Assembly (NCBI GenBank): GCA_008369845.1 | Contig: MRSU01002031.1 | Coordinates: forward strand, 1 to 48,670 | Origin: Trichomonas gallinae | Taxonomy: Eukaryota | Length of the DNA: 48,670 bases | Reading direction: 5' to 3' | Shown here: one piece after another, positions 30,621-41,023 of the stretch | Position numbering within the stretch: position 1 is the stretch's first letter | Layout of the letters: every line of letters starts with the position of its first letter | Position numbers and translations under genes: made by a program | Notes under the pieces: model-generated | The model's input: only the letters and a program-made list of their open reading frames with translations | The model's database searches: none | What the model was told of the DNA's origin: nothing

Positions 30621-33563
30621 TTATTCTAGGTCCTGTTGTTCTTCAAGGAATGGACTTTTTCCAATCATGAAGCCACCAAACCAGTAGATTTGCTCATCTT
30701 TGTCTTCTTCCTCCTCTTCAACAGTTTCTGGCTCCTTTGTCTTGAAGAACTTAGTTCTATCTATCTTTTCTGGAACAAAAAAGTCCCAATTTGCCTCATC
30801 ATCGTCTTCTGGAGTCAAGTTTTCTTCTAAATCTAATTCAATTTCATCATCTTCATTGATTTCTGATTCTATGACATTCAAATCTCCAATATATATGTGA
30901 CTGGCACGCAGAAACTCTGTGCATAATGAAATAAATGCTTTTTGGTCTTCGAAAATTTCAATTATTTGATTGACAAAGCCTGGAATGGCATTTTCCTGGA
31001 AAGGAACCAAGCTTATTAACTTCTGGTTAATTATATCAATAATTGTTTCTTTGTTGAAATCATTATGTGCAGATTCTTGAATAATCGATCTGAACGATTC
31101 TATTGCTTGCCTAGTATATCTATTATATATTGGATCAGTCATCATTTCCAAAACAGCTGAAACAATGTCATATCCGTGATTATTTAAAACATCTACAATG
31201 AAATGCGGCAATCCGCGCCTCATTGTTTCAGATATGAACTCCAGTAGATAAGATATGTTGTGTAATTCAAATTCTTTGTAATGCAAAACTAAATTAATCG
31301 GAAATTGAATTTGCGCGGCCCAAAAGTAGCATCTTCTCATGAACTGAAGAACGATATGGGAGGCTTCTGTAACTTCGACAATGTTTGGCAAAATAATCTG
31401 CTCGAATGAGTCCAATAAATAGAATTGAACTTCTTCGTATTTCGACAAAAGCGAATTTAATAAATGGCAGCATTGGTAAGCGAATTCCGGCCTCCTGAAA
31501 GCAACACTGATGAAGCCGGTGAATGACTCTTTAACCTCATCGAAAGGAAGATTGCTGGCCAAAAACAGTCTCTCCAATAACTTGTAGACTTCTGTCAAAA
31601 CAATGAACATGTCGTCCTTGACAATTTTGATGCTGTCGATGAATTCATAGAGCATTGGCATAACTGCAGCGCACATGAAAACGGACAGAAACTGGTTAGA
31701 TTCAGCTGCAATGGCCAATAGTTCAAATCCATTAAGTAGCTGTTTAACAAACTCTCCTTCTTCTCCTTCTCTGATTTGGTAAATTTCAACTATTTCTTCC
31801 GATGATTTCTCAACATTTTGCAAAATATCATCAATATGAAATTCTTCGTCTCTTAACTCATTATCATTAAATAAATTTTCTACTGCTCTATTTTCATTTT
31901 CACGCATTTCAAAATCGTCGAAATCATTTATAATATTTGTTTTGTTGACGTCAAAAATAATTGCTGAATAATGATGTGTCAAGGACTGCAAAATATTGTT
32001 TGCTAGTGTTGACAGCATCTTAGAGAAAGACACTCTGCAATCTTCGAACCTCGACGCTTCTCCTATTATCTGGAATGTCTTCTTTGCGACGATGTCTCCA
32101 AACTGATCCGGTTTCAATGATTTTGCGAAATTATTCACGAAATTCAGCAAAGTTAATTCATTGATAGAAAACAGTTTGTATCTCCTCAGGCTGAGGTATT
32201 TCAGCGCCGACACTGTGGCGTATAAAACTGCGTATGAGTCTGTTTGGAAAGCGAATTCCACGAAAGAACAAAATTCGAAAAACAAATTTTCATTTTCAGG
32301 CATGAAAAACAACAACCTAGCGAAAAATGTGGCAAGCGCACAGTATTCTTCTTCCAGCTTCCTTTGCTTGATGGTTTCAATGATATCAGGTAAAATGTCG
32401 AGAATCCAAAAAGAGCTCCTGTTCACGCAGAAAGTCAGCAAAAAGATTTTCTCGGATGAAAAAGGAAAATTAAGAACAATGTCGATTATTTCTTGAGGAA
32501 TCAGTGAATAGATATGATTGATGCATGCCTTGCAGTGTCTGTCAAATAGATCATTGTCTGAAATGCCTCGAGAAATGTTTTGAGCGAAAGAATTAAAAAT
32601 TGAAATTAATTGCTCTTTTGGAATTATTTTTTGGTTGACTGCGTAATGTAATAATATTTCATCCCATGCTTCCCAGTATTCTCCATTATTATCTCCCTGT
32701 ATCCAGTTGAATTGTTTGATGATTTCGAGTGAATTTGAAACTAATTCTGTAAATTCTATTGATGTCTGATATCTGACAATATAATAGGCTAAAAATGAAA
32801 CAATGCTAGGTGAGGTCGCTGAAAAATGAATTAAAAGCTGCAAAATTGAATTATTATAAACATTCAAATAATCTGTAAATTCTGGCCTATTAAATATGAA
32901 GACTTCAAGGCAAGTAAGAGCTTGGTTTATGTTATCATTAAAATGATCTAATAACTGCTGCAATAAATTTGATTCAAATAATAAATTCGGCGGAAAAATC
33001 TTTGCAATGTAATAGATGACTTTAAATATCCATTCATCGTATTTTTCTCTTGATAAAAATGCTGTATTTATAGTTTCAAAATTTGAAATTAATAAAATGC
33101 GGATTATGTTTCTTTTAGCAATATCAATATACTTTTCTTCTAGAATTATTTGTAATACTTCTATCAAATAACATGGATTCTGATAACTTAATAATTGGTT
33201 GAAAATATTTTCATCGAATTGAATCGCAAGAAGTAATGCATAGCATTGTAAATGTGTCTGTAATAGTTTTTCATCGCCATTTTTGTAATATTTCTCGCAA
33301 AATTTGAATAAAATCGATTTAAGTTCTTCAACATCATCAATTAGAAGATTTTCAAAGTTATAAATGAGATTGTAGCGAATAACAGGAAGCAATGTTAACT
33401 CATAAATTGTATTTGATTCTGTATTTAAAATGTAATTGATTTGTTTCATGCAATTTTCGGTGTTTTTCCAATCTTCCAGGAACTGCACTGCTTCATTGTT
33501 TATGTTTACAATGGGTGAGCTCAGTTTATTAATATAATCTTTTATAATCGATATTTCATCCAT
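30621..33563 (-). CDS. Importin-beta/exportin (CRM1-like) HEAT-repeat protein, divergent
   Basis: IBN_N-like start (EAVQFLEDWKNTENCMKQINYILN..DDVEELKSIL); helical 980 aa; CRM1-like end (FVNQIIE..KAFISLCTEFL); Inr at 33567-33574. Confidence 0.65.
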   Translation of the reverse strand: MDEISIIKDYINKLSSPIVNINNEAVQFLEDWKNTENCMKQINYILNTESNTIYELTLLPVIRYNLIYNFENLLIDDVEELKSILFKFCEKYYKNGDEKLLQTHLQCYALLLAIQFDENIFNQLLSYQNPCYLIEVLQIILEEKYIDIAKRNIIRILLISNFETINTAFLSREKYDEWIFKVIYYIAKIFPPNLLFESNLLQQLLDHFNDNINQALTCLEVFIFNRPEFTDYLNVYNNSILQLLIHFSATSPSIVSFLAYYIVRYQTSIEFTELVSNSLEIIKQFNWIQGDNNGEYWEAWDEILLHYAVNQKIIPKEQLISIFNSFAQNISRGISDNDLFDRHCKACINHIYSLIPQEIIDIVLNFPFSSEKIFLLTFCVNRSSFWILDILPDIIETIKQRKLEEEYCALATFFARLLFFMPENENLFFEFCSFVEFAFQTDSYAVLYATVSALKYLSLRRYKLFSINELTLLNFVNNFAKSLKPDQFGDIVAKKTFQIIGEASRFEDCRVSFSKMLSTLANNILQSLTHHYSAIIFDVNKTNIINDFDDFEMRENENRAVENLFNDNELRDEEFHIDDILQNVEKSSEEIVEIYQIREGEEGEFVKQLLNGFELLAIAAESNQFLSVFMCAAVMPMLYEFIDSIKIVKDDMFIVLTEVYKLLERLFLASNLPFDEVKESFTGFISVAFRRPEFAYQCCHLLNSLLSKYEEVQFYLLDSFEQIILPNIVEVTEASHIVLQFMRRCYFWAAQIQFPINLVLHYKEFELHNISYLLEFISETMRRGLPHFIVDVLNNHGYDIVSAVLEMMTDPIYNRYTRQAIESFRSIIQESAHNDFNKETIIDIINQKLISLVPFQENAIPGFVNQIIEIFEDQKAFISLCTEFLRASHIYIGDLNVIESEINEDDEIELDLEENLTPEDDDEANWDFFVPEKIDRTKFFKTKEPETVEEEEEDKDEQIYWFGGFMIGKSPFLEEQQDLE

Positions 33564-33819
33564 TATAAAAATGAAATAACTTTAAATTATTTTATCGCAA
33601 TGACTCATACGTATCCAATTAACGACTTATTTTTTAGTAAAACAAAAATGACAAATAATACATGATTTTTGACACGTAAAATATATATAAAAAAATGATA
33701 AAATGTGCCGTGTAAATAATAATTCTGTCATGTAAAGTGATTTTTACAAGACAAAATTTATAATAAGTAATTACTAGTGAAATAGATAAATTTAAAACAA
33801 ATAAAAAGAAATATATGTG

Positions 33820-36800
33820 TTATGCCGCTTGAGTGTCGTGTTTGAGCTCTTCGAGCATCACGGATGCATCTGGGAGCTCGTCAATTGTGATGCCGACGAA
33901 CTTTTCGTTGTTGTTGACGAGTGTGACAGGCATAATCTTGCAGCTCTTCTCCAGGTGCTCAGCCATGTATGCCTGCATGATGACCATGTTCGGTCTCAAG
34001 ATCGAGAGCATTGAGCCCATTGCGCCAAGCTTGTCGACGAATGGATCCGTCGTCATCATCGGGCTGAACACGTTCGACTCCTTTGACGGAATCTCCCTGC
34101 CGTTGAATTTGTCTGGAACAACTGGCGGAAGGAACTGGACGGTCTCGAAGTAGTTGTCGACGTCGAGCATCACGGACACCTGCTTGCCTTCGCCGTACGT
34201 GTCCCTCGTCGCGTAGTCCTTGATGAACTGCAGCGCGCGAGCACGGTGTAGCCTGCTGCTGTCAGTGTTGACATATAGAATCAGGGCGTAGCTCGATGTC
34301 GCCGCGAGAACTAAGGCATCATCCTTTCCGCTGAAGAGCTCTGTGATGTGAATTGCTAATTTCTCCTCGAACTCGTTCACCGGCCTCATTATGTCGTTGT
34401 TCTCTTGCGCGCAGAAGACAAGCGTGCCTCCGAAGAACCTCCTGCTCAAGTATCCCTTGCCTGCTTCGATCGGCGGGAATAATCTTAGAGGAATTGACGT
34501 CTCTAGGATCTCCTTGATCTTGTTCTGGCATAGCGTTGTGACTTCTTCGAAATAACTCGAAACTTCGAGGCTTTTCAGCTCAAAGAATATATAATGGTGC
34601 TCATCGAATGTGATAACAGAGGCTCTGACGTCGACTTTGAGATAGTTTCCATCTGATCTGATTCCAGACAATACTTTTGAAGTGCAGCCGCTCTTCTGGC
34701 TTAATATGTCGTTGATTCTGCTGAAGAATGATTCCTGGGACTTGGACGGCGCCTCGCCTTTGATGGTAAACAGCATAGTGTAGTGCTGTCCGATGATTTG
34801 CTCTGGTCTGTAGTTGAACATTTCTGAAATTACGCTTGTGAATGCCATGATACTGAGATGGTCGTTGATGATAATGATAGGCGTGTCTGTGTTGTTGAGT
34901 ATTTCGAATATCGGGGATCCTTTCATCCATGGCAAGACTCCTGATTTAGATCCGACGATGTATTCAACTAAGCATTGATTTTGGGCGATGAACACTGGAT
35001 CAAGGTCCATAATAAGTCTGCCCAATTGTGCTTTGAGGTCATCTGCCTCTAGATATCTGTGCCAAAAGATTATAAAGAATACAATTAAAGCTGTGATATA
35101 AATCATGATGTCTAGGTTGCACAAGAAGCCGAGATGTGTCGTTTCCTCAGCTAAATTTGTCTGGAAAAGGTCGCTAAGGTTTTCATTGATATTCTTTGTT
35201 GTCTGGAAGTGAATGTGGAACGAATGCATGTAAGGGATGCCAAGTCCTTGCGATATATTCTGCGCAATGCCGCCAATAAGATAGCTTATCGCAAGATATA
35301 ACTGATCAATCGTCGTTAAATGATAAAAGTCGTGAAAATCAGCATTTGATGGAAGTGTTAAGTATCCTGATGTTATACTATTGATGAAATTGGCCTTAGG
35401 AACAGTTGTTAAGTTAACTGTCTTGATATAAGTGATAACATCGTTAAACAAGTTATTTGACGCGAGTGTTGCATTGGAAACAAACGAATTGTTCTCATTA
35501 TCGTAGAGCCAGCCTCCTAATGCTGTGTTTAATGAAATTGCAGAATCAGAATCAATTTTATGAAGAGTATTGACAGTATCCAGTAGGTTAGATACACTGC
35601 TGTAAGAGTTATAAGTGAAGGACCAGACCAAAAAGTTGACTCCTGCATAAATAATCATTCCGTATAATTCATTTGTTACTTTTGGAATCAAAGCACCAAT
35701 TGGGAAATCTTCTATTTCATCATTCCATTCTTTCGGCGCATTCTGATTTTGCTGAGGATGAGGTCTAAAGTATTGAATCAAATTATAGCGAATATCTGAT
35801 AGAACTGATTTCTTAAACGCGTAGAGAAGGAATGGATCGATAAATACAGTAATAAGAATAATAGCAACAAGCAAATAAATGAATTTAAAATTAACTGATT
35901 TTGATCCTAAGTAATCACGCACGTAAACATCAAGATAATCGAATGACTTTGAAATAACTGTCATCAAATTCACTGTTATATTTGTGAATTTTTGCGCTCT
36001 GTCTCTAAATTGATCCATTAATGTTGAATTAAATGGATTTTGAGGATTCAGTTCATCTATAAACGAATTTATATAAGTGTAGTAGAAAAGAAGCAGTGCT
36101 TTGACTTGGAAGCTCTTATCTAGGTCTGGAATCGAAATATTTGTGTCGTAAGGGAAATAATCGATTTTATCCTCCATGAACAGTTTCCTTATTTCAGATA
36201 ATGGTGGAGCCAAACTGAAAAACGAGTTTTGGATGAACAAAAGTCGCATTTGATTGACAAAATCAGTCAATGTTGAATTTAATTCGACAAAAAGCGTTTG
36301 TATGGATACCAAAGCAGATCTGTTATTGTGAATAACTTGAACAAGTGTTTCAGGGGACAAATCATTAAAAACTGTTTCATTAATTGTTTGGCAAATCGTT
36401 AATGAAATTGTTGCCCAGTCTGCTGAGACCCTGTGGATCTCATCTGCAAAGTTAATGTATTTAGAAATGCTTGATGTTCTGTTTAATGCGAAAAATGGAT
36501 AAACGGAGCAGACAGGAATGAAAGTGCAAATGACAATTGCCTCCAGGAAGAACAAAACCTTTGATTTCGTTGATATTGGCTTCATAACGTGTTTTGATAT
36601 ATTTGATTTAATATTCATCTCGATTTGAGTGGCTTTAACCACTGAAGCATCAACGGCTTCTTCACCGAATAAACTTCTAGCGAATTTATCCACTCTGCAA
36701 TTCGTGAATTGAGAATATCTAATTTGTAATTGCGTTAAAGGAAGATCTGTCTTTGTATCATTGATTGTTGTGCAAGCAGGAAGAACATTATCTGCAAAAT

Positions 36801-38268
36801 CTTGCTTTAATTTGAGAACCATATCATTATTAGGATATAAACAATTATAAGAGCGAAAAACTTCAGAAAATGCTGTAATTTGTCGGTTGAGCTCCATAAG
36901 AGCGCTAACAGCTGACTTAATCTTACCTCTAATCATAGAATCCCAAAATCTTTCAGCTTCAATTTCATATGATTGATACAACTGCATCAATTCGTTATTT
37001 GTTGAGAGAACCGTGTCTGTTTCTAGCTTAGACACAGAGTGCATCAACTCAAACAAGAAATACGACTGAATTGTCGGTAATTGTTTGAACATATGCAAAG
37101 ACAAAATAGTTCTTTTGAGATTTTGAAGTGTGGCGTAGTCGTCTACCATAAACAGGCACTTAAGGTACTGATGTATTGAAAGAACTTCGAGTTTTGTTGA
37201 ACCTTCGAATATTGGTTCAACTTGATTAATGAGATTTCGAGTTATTTTGTTTTGTATAAGAGCCTCCTGGACGTAGAGAATAGCTCTGTCTTCGTCAATT
37301 TTGAGAATATCCATCATAGAATATTCTTCGACAATTTTCTTGCCGCGATGTTCAAGCAAATAGTAAAACAGGCCAGTAGAGAGTATCAAGAAGACGCAGG
37401 AAATAAGGAAGAAAGTCGTTTGGCACTGCAAATTGCATAACCAAATTGCGCAGACAGGGATTACAGCGTGGCCCAGATCTATTCCGATTGTTACTGCTGT
37501 CAAGAAGTGCGATAAGTATGGAAGCCTGTATAATCTAACAGTGTGTTGAATTGCATATATTAAATAAACAACAGCTACAAGCGTTTGAACGATTTGAGAA
37601 GGTATATTAAATATTTGTATTGTATATATTATATCGGCTAGAAAGTGATAAATGCAACTATAGTTTGGAAATAATGTTGTTGGAAGATGGCCGCGAGAAA
37701 ATACAGGATTTTGGAAAATAAGCGGTGAGAATTGGAAAGAAAACCACGTAACCGAGGCAATCATTATTAGTTCGATAAGAATCATTGCGAATTTTGAAAA
37801 TGATGCATCATCCCTTTGATAAGCCGTAATTTGATGTCCGATGTAAATAGAGGCGGGGAAGTAGTATATGCAGGGCATGAAAATAAAGAGTAAACCGCGT
37901 AATTTAAGAAGTATGTGATTCAAAATTCGAGCTCTTTTGTAAGTTATCCATGTAACGACTGTAACTGTGGCTACAATCATGAATACCAATGTCATAATGT
38001 GAATATTAAATGAATCAATGTTGAATTTTTCAACTTTTGTGGCAAAACCTATAAATAAATAAAGAATTGATTTCAGTTGTGCATTAACATTCGGATCTAT
38101 TGATAATGCTGCGAAAGGAAGAAACGAAACCAGCCAACTTTGAAAAAATCCGAATAAAACTAGCAGAAGGGATACGTTTTTCAGCATCGGTGGCTCTGAA
38201 AGCAGCGTGGTGAAGAAATAAAACACGGATGGATATGTTGAAGGATCAATTTTGTAATCTATATCCAT
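33820..38268 (-). CDS. Multi-pass membrane protein with PAS domain and degenerate nucleotidyl-cyclase-like C-terminus
   Basis: Many hydrophobic segments; PAS ILNNTDTPIIIIND..EMFNYRPEQIIGQ..GIRSDG; linker KEILETSIP; architecture of trichomonad transmembrane adenylyl cyclases. Confidence 0.75.
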   Translation of the reverse strand: MDIDYKIDPSTYPSVFYFFTTLLSEPPMLKNVSLLLVLFGFFQSWLVSFLPFAALSIDPNVNAQLKSILYLFIGFATKVEKFNIDSFNIHIMTLVFMIVATVTVVTWITYKRARILNHILLKLRGLLFIFMPCIYYFPASIYIGHQITAYQRDDASFSKFAMILIELIMIASVTWFSFQFSPLIFQNPVFSRGHLPTTLFPNYSCIYHFLADIIYTIQIFNIPSQIVQTLVAVVYLIYAIQHTVRLYRLPYLSHFLTAVTIGIDLGHAVIPVCAIWLCNLQCQTTFFLISCVFLILSTGLFYYLLEHRGKKIVEEYSMMDILKIDEDRAILYVQEALIQNKITRNLINQVEPIFEGSTKLEVLSIHQYLKCLFMVDDYATLQNLKRTILSLHMFKQLPTIQSYFLFELMHSVSKLETDTVLSTNNELMQLYQSYEIEAERFWDSMIRGKIKSAVSALMELNRQITAFSEVFRSYNCLYPNNDMVLKLKQDFADNVLPACTTINDTKTDLPLTQLQIRYSQFTNCRVDKFARSLFGEEAVDASVVKATQIEMNIKSNISKHVMKPISTKSKVLFFLEAIVICTFIPVCSVYPFFALNRTSSISKYINFADEIHRVSADWATISLTICQTINETVFNDLSPETLVQVIHNNRSALVSIQTLFVELNSTLTDFVNQMRLLFIQNSFFSLAPPLSEIRKLFMEDKIDYFPYDTNISIPDLDKSFQVKALLLFYYTYINSFIDELNPQNPFNSTLMDQFRDRAQKFTNITVNLMTVISKSFDYLDVYVRDYLGSKSVNFKFIYLLVAIILITVFIDPFLLYAFKKSVLSDIRYNLIQYFRPHPQQNQNAPKEWNDEIEDFPIGALIPKVTNELYGMIIYAGVNFLVWSFTYNSYSSVSNLLDTVNTLHKIDSDSAISLNTALGGWLYDNENNSFVSNATLASNNLFNDVITYIKTVNLTTVPKANFINSITSGYLTLPSNADFHDFYHLTTIDQLYLAISYLIGGIAQNISQGLGIPYMHSFHIHFQTTKNINENLSDLFQTNLAEETTHLGFLCNLDIMIYITALIVFFIIFWHRYLEADDLKAQLGRLIMDLDPVFIAQNQCLVEYIVGSKSGVLPWMKGSPIFEILNNTDTPIIIINDHLSIMAFTSVISEMFNYRPEQIIGQHYTMLFTIKGEAPSKSQESFFSRINDILSQKSGCTSKVLSGIRSDGNYLKVDVRASVITFDEHHYIFFELKSLEVSSYFEEVTTLCQNKIKEILETSIPLRLFPPIEAGKGYLSRRFFGGTLVFCAQENNDIMRPVNEFEEKLAIHITELFSGKDDALVLAATSSYALILYVNTDSSRLHRARALQFIKDYATRDTYGEGKQVSVMLDVDNYFETVQFLPPVVPDKFNGREIPSKESNVFSPMMTTDPFVDKLGAMGSMLSILRPNMVIMQAYMAEHLEKSCKIMPVTLVNNNEKFVGITIDELPDASVMLEELKHDTQAA

Positions 38269-38449
38269 CCGTGAATAAAATTTATTGATTTTTAACTAAG
38301 GTTATTTTTCAAAGGTTATACAACATATGATTACGTGGCTATTCCTATGGGTTTTTTTTCTAAAATTTTGAAAAAGTGGCAAAATTCTGTTGATTATTTT
38401 GTAAACATTTTTTGGCATCAATATATTTTACATGGCAAATTTATAGTCA

Positions 38450-38950
38450 GTTAATGTTGGCATTCGTTCCATTAGTTATTTATGAGGAGTAGTTTCACAA
38501 CCACATGATGCTCTTTCTCTGAACCCCAATTCACAACAATATTATTGATTTATTTATCTTTTGGTTGACATCTCCATATAATCCATGAGTTATGAGAAAG
38601 AGTTTGACGCCCACATGATGACCTTTGTCTGAAGTACATATCAATGCTATATTGTTGGTACATTTGTCTTTTGGATTTAAATCTATACTCCATGAGTTAT
38701 GAGAAAGAGTTTGACAACTATATGATGATCTTTCTCTCAATACCATATCGAGGCCATATTGTTAGTGTATTTGTCTGTTGGATATATATCTTCTACAAGA
38801 ATTATGAGAAATGTATTCACAACTACATGAAGCTCTTTGTCTAAAACTTAAGTTAAGGCCATATAATTGATGCATTTGCAATTTGGATAATCATCTAACC
38901 CAGAAGTTAGGAAAAGAGGATTTGTAACTTCATAATTTCCGATTTTCGAA
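38450..38950 (-). pseudogene. Highly decayed ankyrin-repeat pseudogene (appears as a ~105-110-bp tandem repeat)
   Basis: TTATGAGAAAGAGTTTGAC-like unit at about 38480, 38590, 38697, 38802 and 38907. The minus strand gives IDLNPKDKCTNNIALICTSDKGHHVGVKLFLITHG and similar units with stops and frameshifts. Confidence 0.8.
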
Positions 38951-39287
38951 TGTAATACGTGGGATTTTCTTATATCCTCATTTAAACACTGAATTCCATC
39001 ATGAGAAAGATTTTTTTATCAAAAATCATTTTTCGGAACAGTTGTGAGTGATAAATTGATATCAATTAATGAATATAGTTCACTACACATTGTAAGAGTG
39101 AAGAAAGAGCTGCATTCTTTATAAGAAAAATCATAATTTCAATAAAAAAAGGATATTTTTACGCTATATAAATTGTGTGTATTAATCTAATGCACTATCA
39201 TAATAAAACAGCATGGTGATTAATTTTTGAAGAAAATTTTTCTGAGGTTGCCTCCTTGGGAAGGCTGCGGCAGTTATTAGCATCTGT

Positions 39288-39764
39288 CTATACGACCTCT
39301 GCAAAACAACTAGGAATTATTTGATCTGGAACGAATTCGTTGAAAAAACTGTCAATATCGACCTCATTACACTCAGCAATCATTGGTGGTATCATGTTTA
39401 CATGATTTTTTGATTCATTGACAAAGGAACCAGTCGGATTTATAAGTCCCCAACGAATGAACATTTTTATTTTATTTCTAATTGTGTGACCAACTATATT
39501 GGGGAAATAAGGTCGAAGAAGTTTAACTGTATTGAATCCTTCCTTATATAAATCAATTAATTTGCATTCTTCATCTTTGGTGAAACCAGTAGTTCTACCA
39601 TTTTTATAATCATTGATTAAGTCTTTAAATTTACGTTTCGTCAGATTAAATTTGGCAATGATTTCATCAGAATCAACGTTTGCTTCATACAAAGCGAAAA
39701 TTTCTTTTCTCGCGGCATTGGATATGCGCGATTTGCATTTCTTGAGTGATTGTTGATGACTCAT
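39288..39764 (-). CDS. HTH plus Myb-like DNA-binding protein
   Basis: RISNAARKEIFALYE..EIIAKFNLTKR (HTH-like) followed by GFTKDEECKLIDLYKEG..YFPN...IRNK (Myb-like); Inr TCATTTTTCAC upstream. Confidence 0.7.
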   Translation of the reverse strand: MSHQQSLKKCKSRISNAARKEIFALYEANVDSDEIIAKFNLTKRKFKDLINDYKNGRTTGFTKDEECKLIDLYKEGFNTVKLLRPYFPNIVGHTIRNKIKMFIRWGLINPTGSFVNESKNHVNMIPPMIAECNEVDIDSFFNEFVPDQIIPSCFAEVV

Positions 39765-41023
39765 TGGCTTAGGAATGTATGTGAAAAATGAAGATTAGGT
39801 GTTTCTTAATGTAAAAAATTTTCTTCATCAAAAAAAAATTTAAACTTGATTTCCTCTCAAATAATAGCATTTATTTTCAATATAAAATGAAATTACCGGG
39901 AATCAGTTCCTTATCATATTCTGGAGTTATTTTATAAATGTTCAGGAGAAATATGAATGTCAAAAAAAAGTGGAGTCGTATAATTTTTATTTCTTTTTTT
40001 TCTGCCAAAATTAAAATACATATGCAATTGGCTATAGATAATGATATATTATATCTTTTTTGATATTTTTTTATGTTTCGATTTCAATCAGAATGGATTC
40101 CATTCAAATAATTAGCATTCAATATTGACACATTTCTAATTTACATATTTTTGATTTAGTTTTCTTCATTCAAGATATTGATGTTGTGATCATTATCTTT
40201 ATCAATGATAACAATATTATATAGACACCTACAATAAGATGATAGAATGCAGTATTTTAAATAGAAATGATTTCATGAAAATTAGAATTGTTTATTGAGA
40301 AATTAATTAGATGAATGCAGCAATAAACCTGCATGTTGATATTAGTAATACTGTAGTAATATAAAAAAATCATTTTTATAAAATTGGGGTCGCATCATAG
40401 TAAAAAAAAATTCAGAACTTTCCAAAATTTGAAACAAATTCCGCCAACACCGAATGATGCTACAAACCATGTGTGTATTGGACATGATAAACATTGTTCT
40501 AATATTTGCTTGAATTCTCCAGTATTCGAAATAAAAAAATTGATTTTTTTCTCTTCAAAAATAGAAATTTTCATTGTATCTGGGTAAAAATTTTATCAAT
40601 AAACACCTAAGTATTGATAAGTATATTGTTGTTTTATAAGTAGCCAGTGGTTGTTTGGCTCCAACGTATTTTAATTATTCAATTTCAATCAAAGCACAGA
40701 AACGACAAAATTCTGGGGAAAATGTTGTTGCAAAAATTGACATCTCCTATATTAACCTTTTTGTTGGCTATGTTAATAGGAATAACACTATTCATTCTCA
40801 TTGTTATTAGTAACCATCATTTTCATAATCATATGTAAAGCCCTTCATATCTATCGAAATAATAATTTGCTAGGAAATAAAGTCACAACGTTGTCGAATT
40901 TTGACGAGTAAAGTGTCAACAAACCAATTTCTCATATTACAATAAAAATATATAAGCCTGGTTAACTAAATCAATAAAAAAATCTTTAACAAATTTAACA
41001 GTAGAAGAAAAATAGATAAAAAC

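Noticed and set aside
38450..38950. Regularly spaced repeat suggesting a CRISPR-like array
   Set aside because: Whole units are homologous with no unique spacers and translate to ankyrin repeats; the context is eukaryotic and there are no cas genes.
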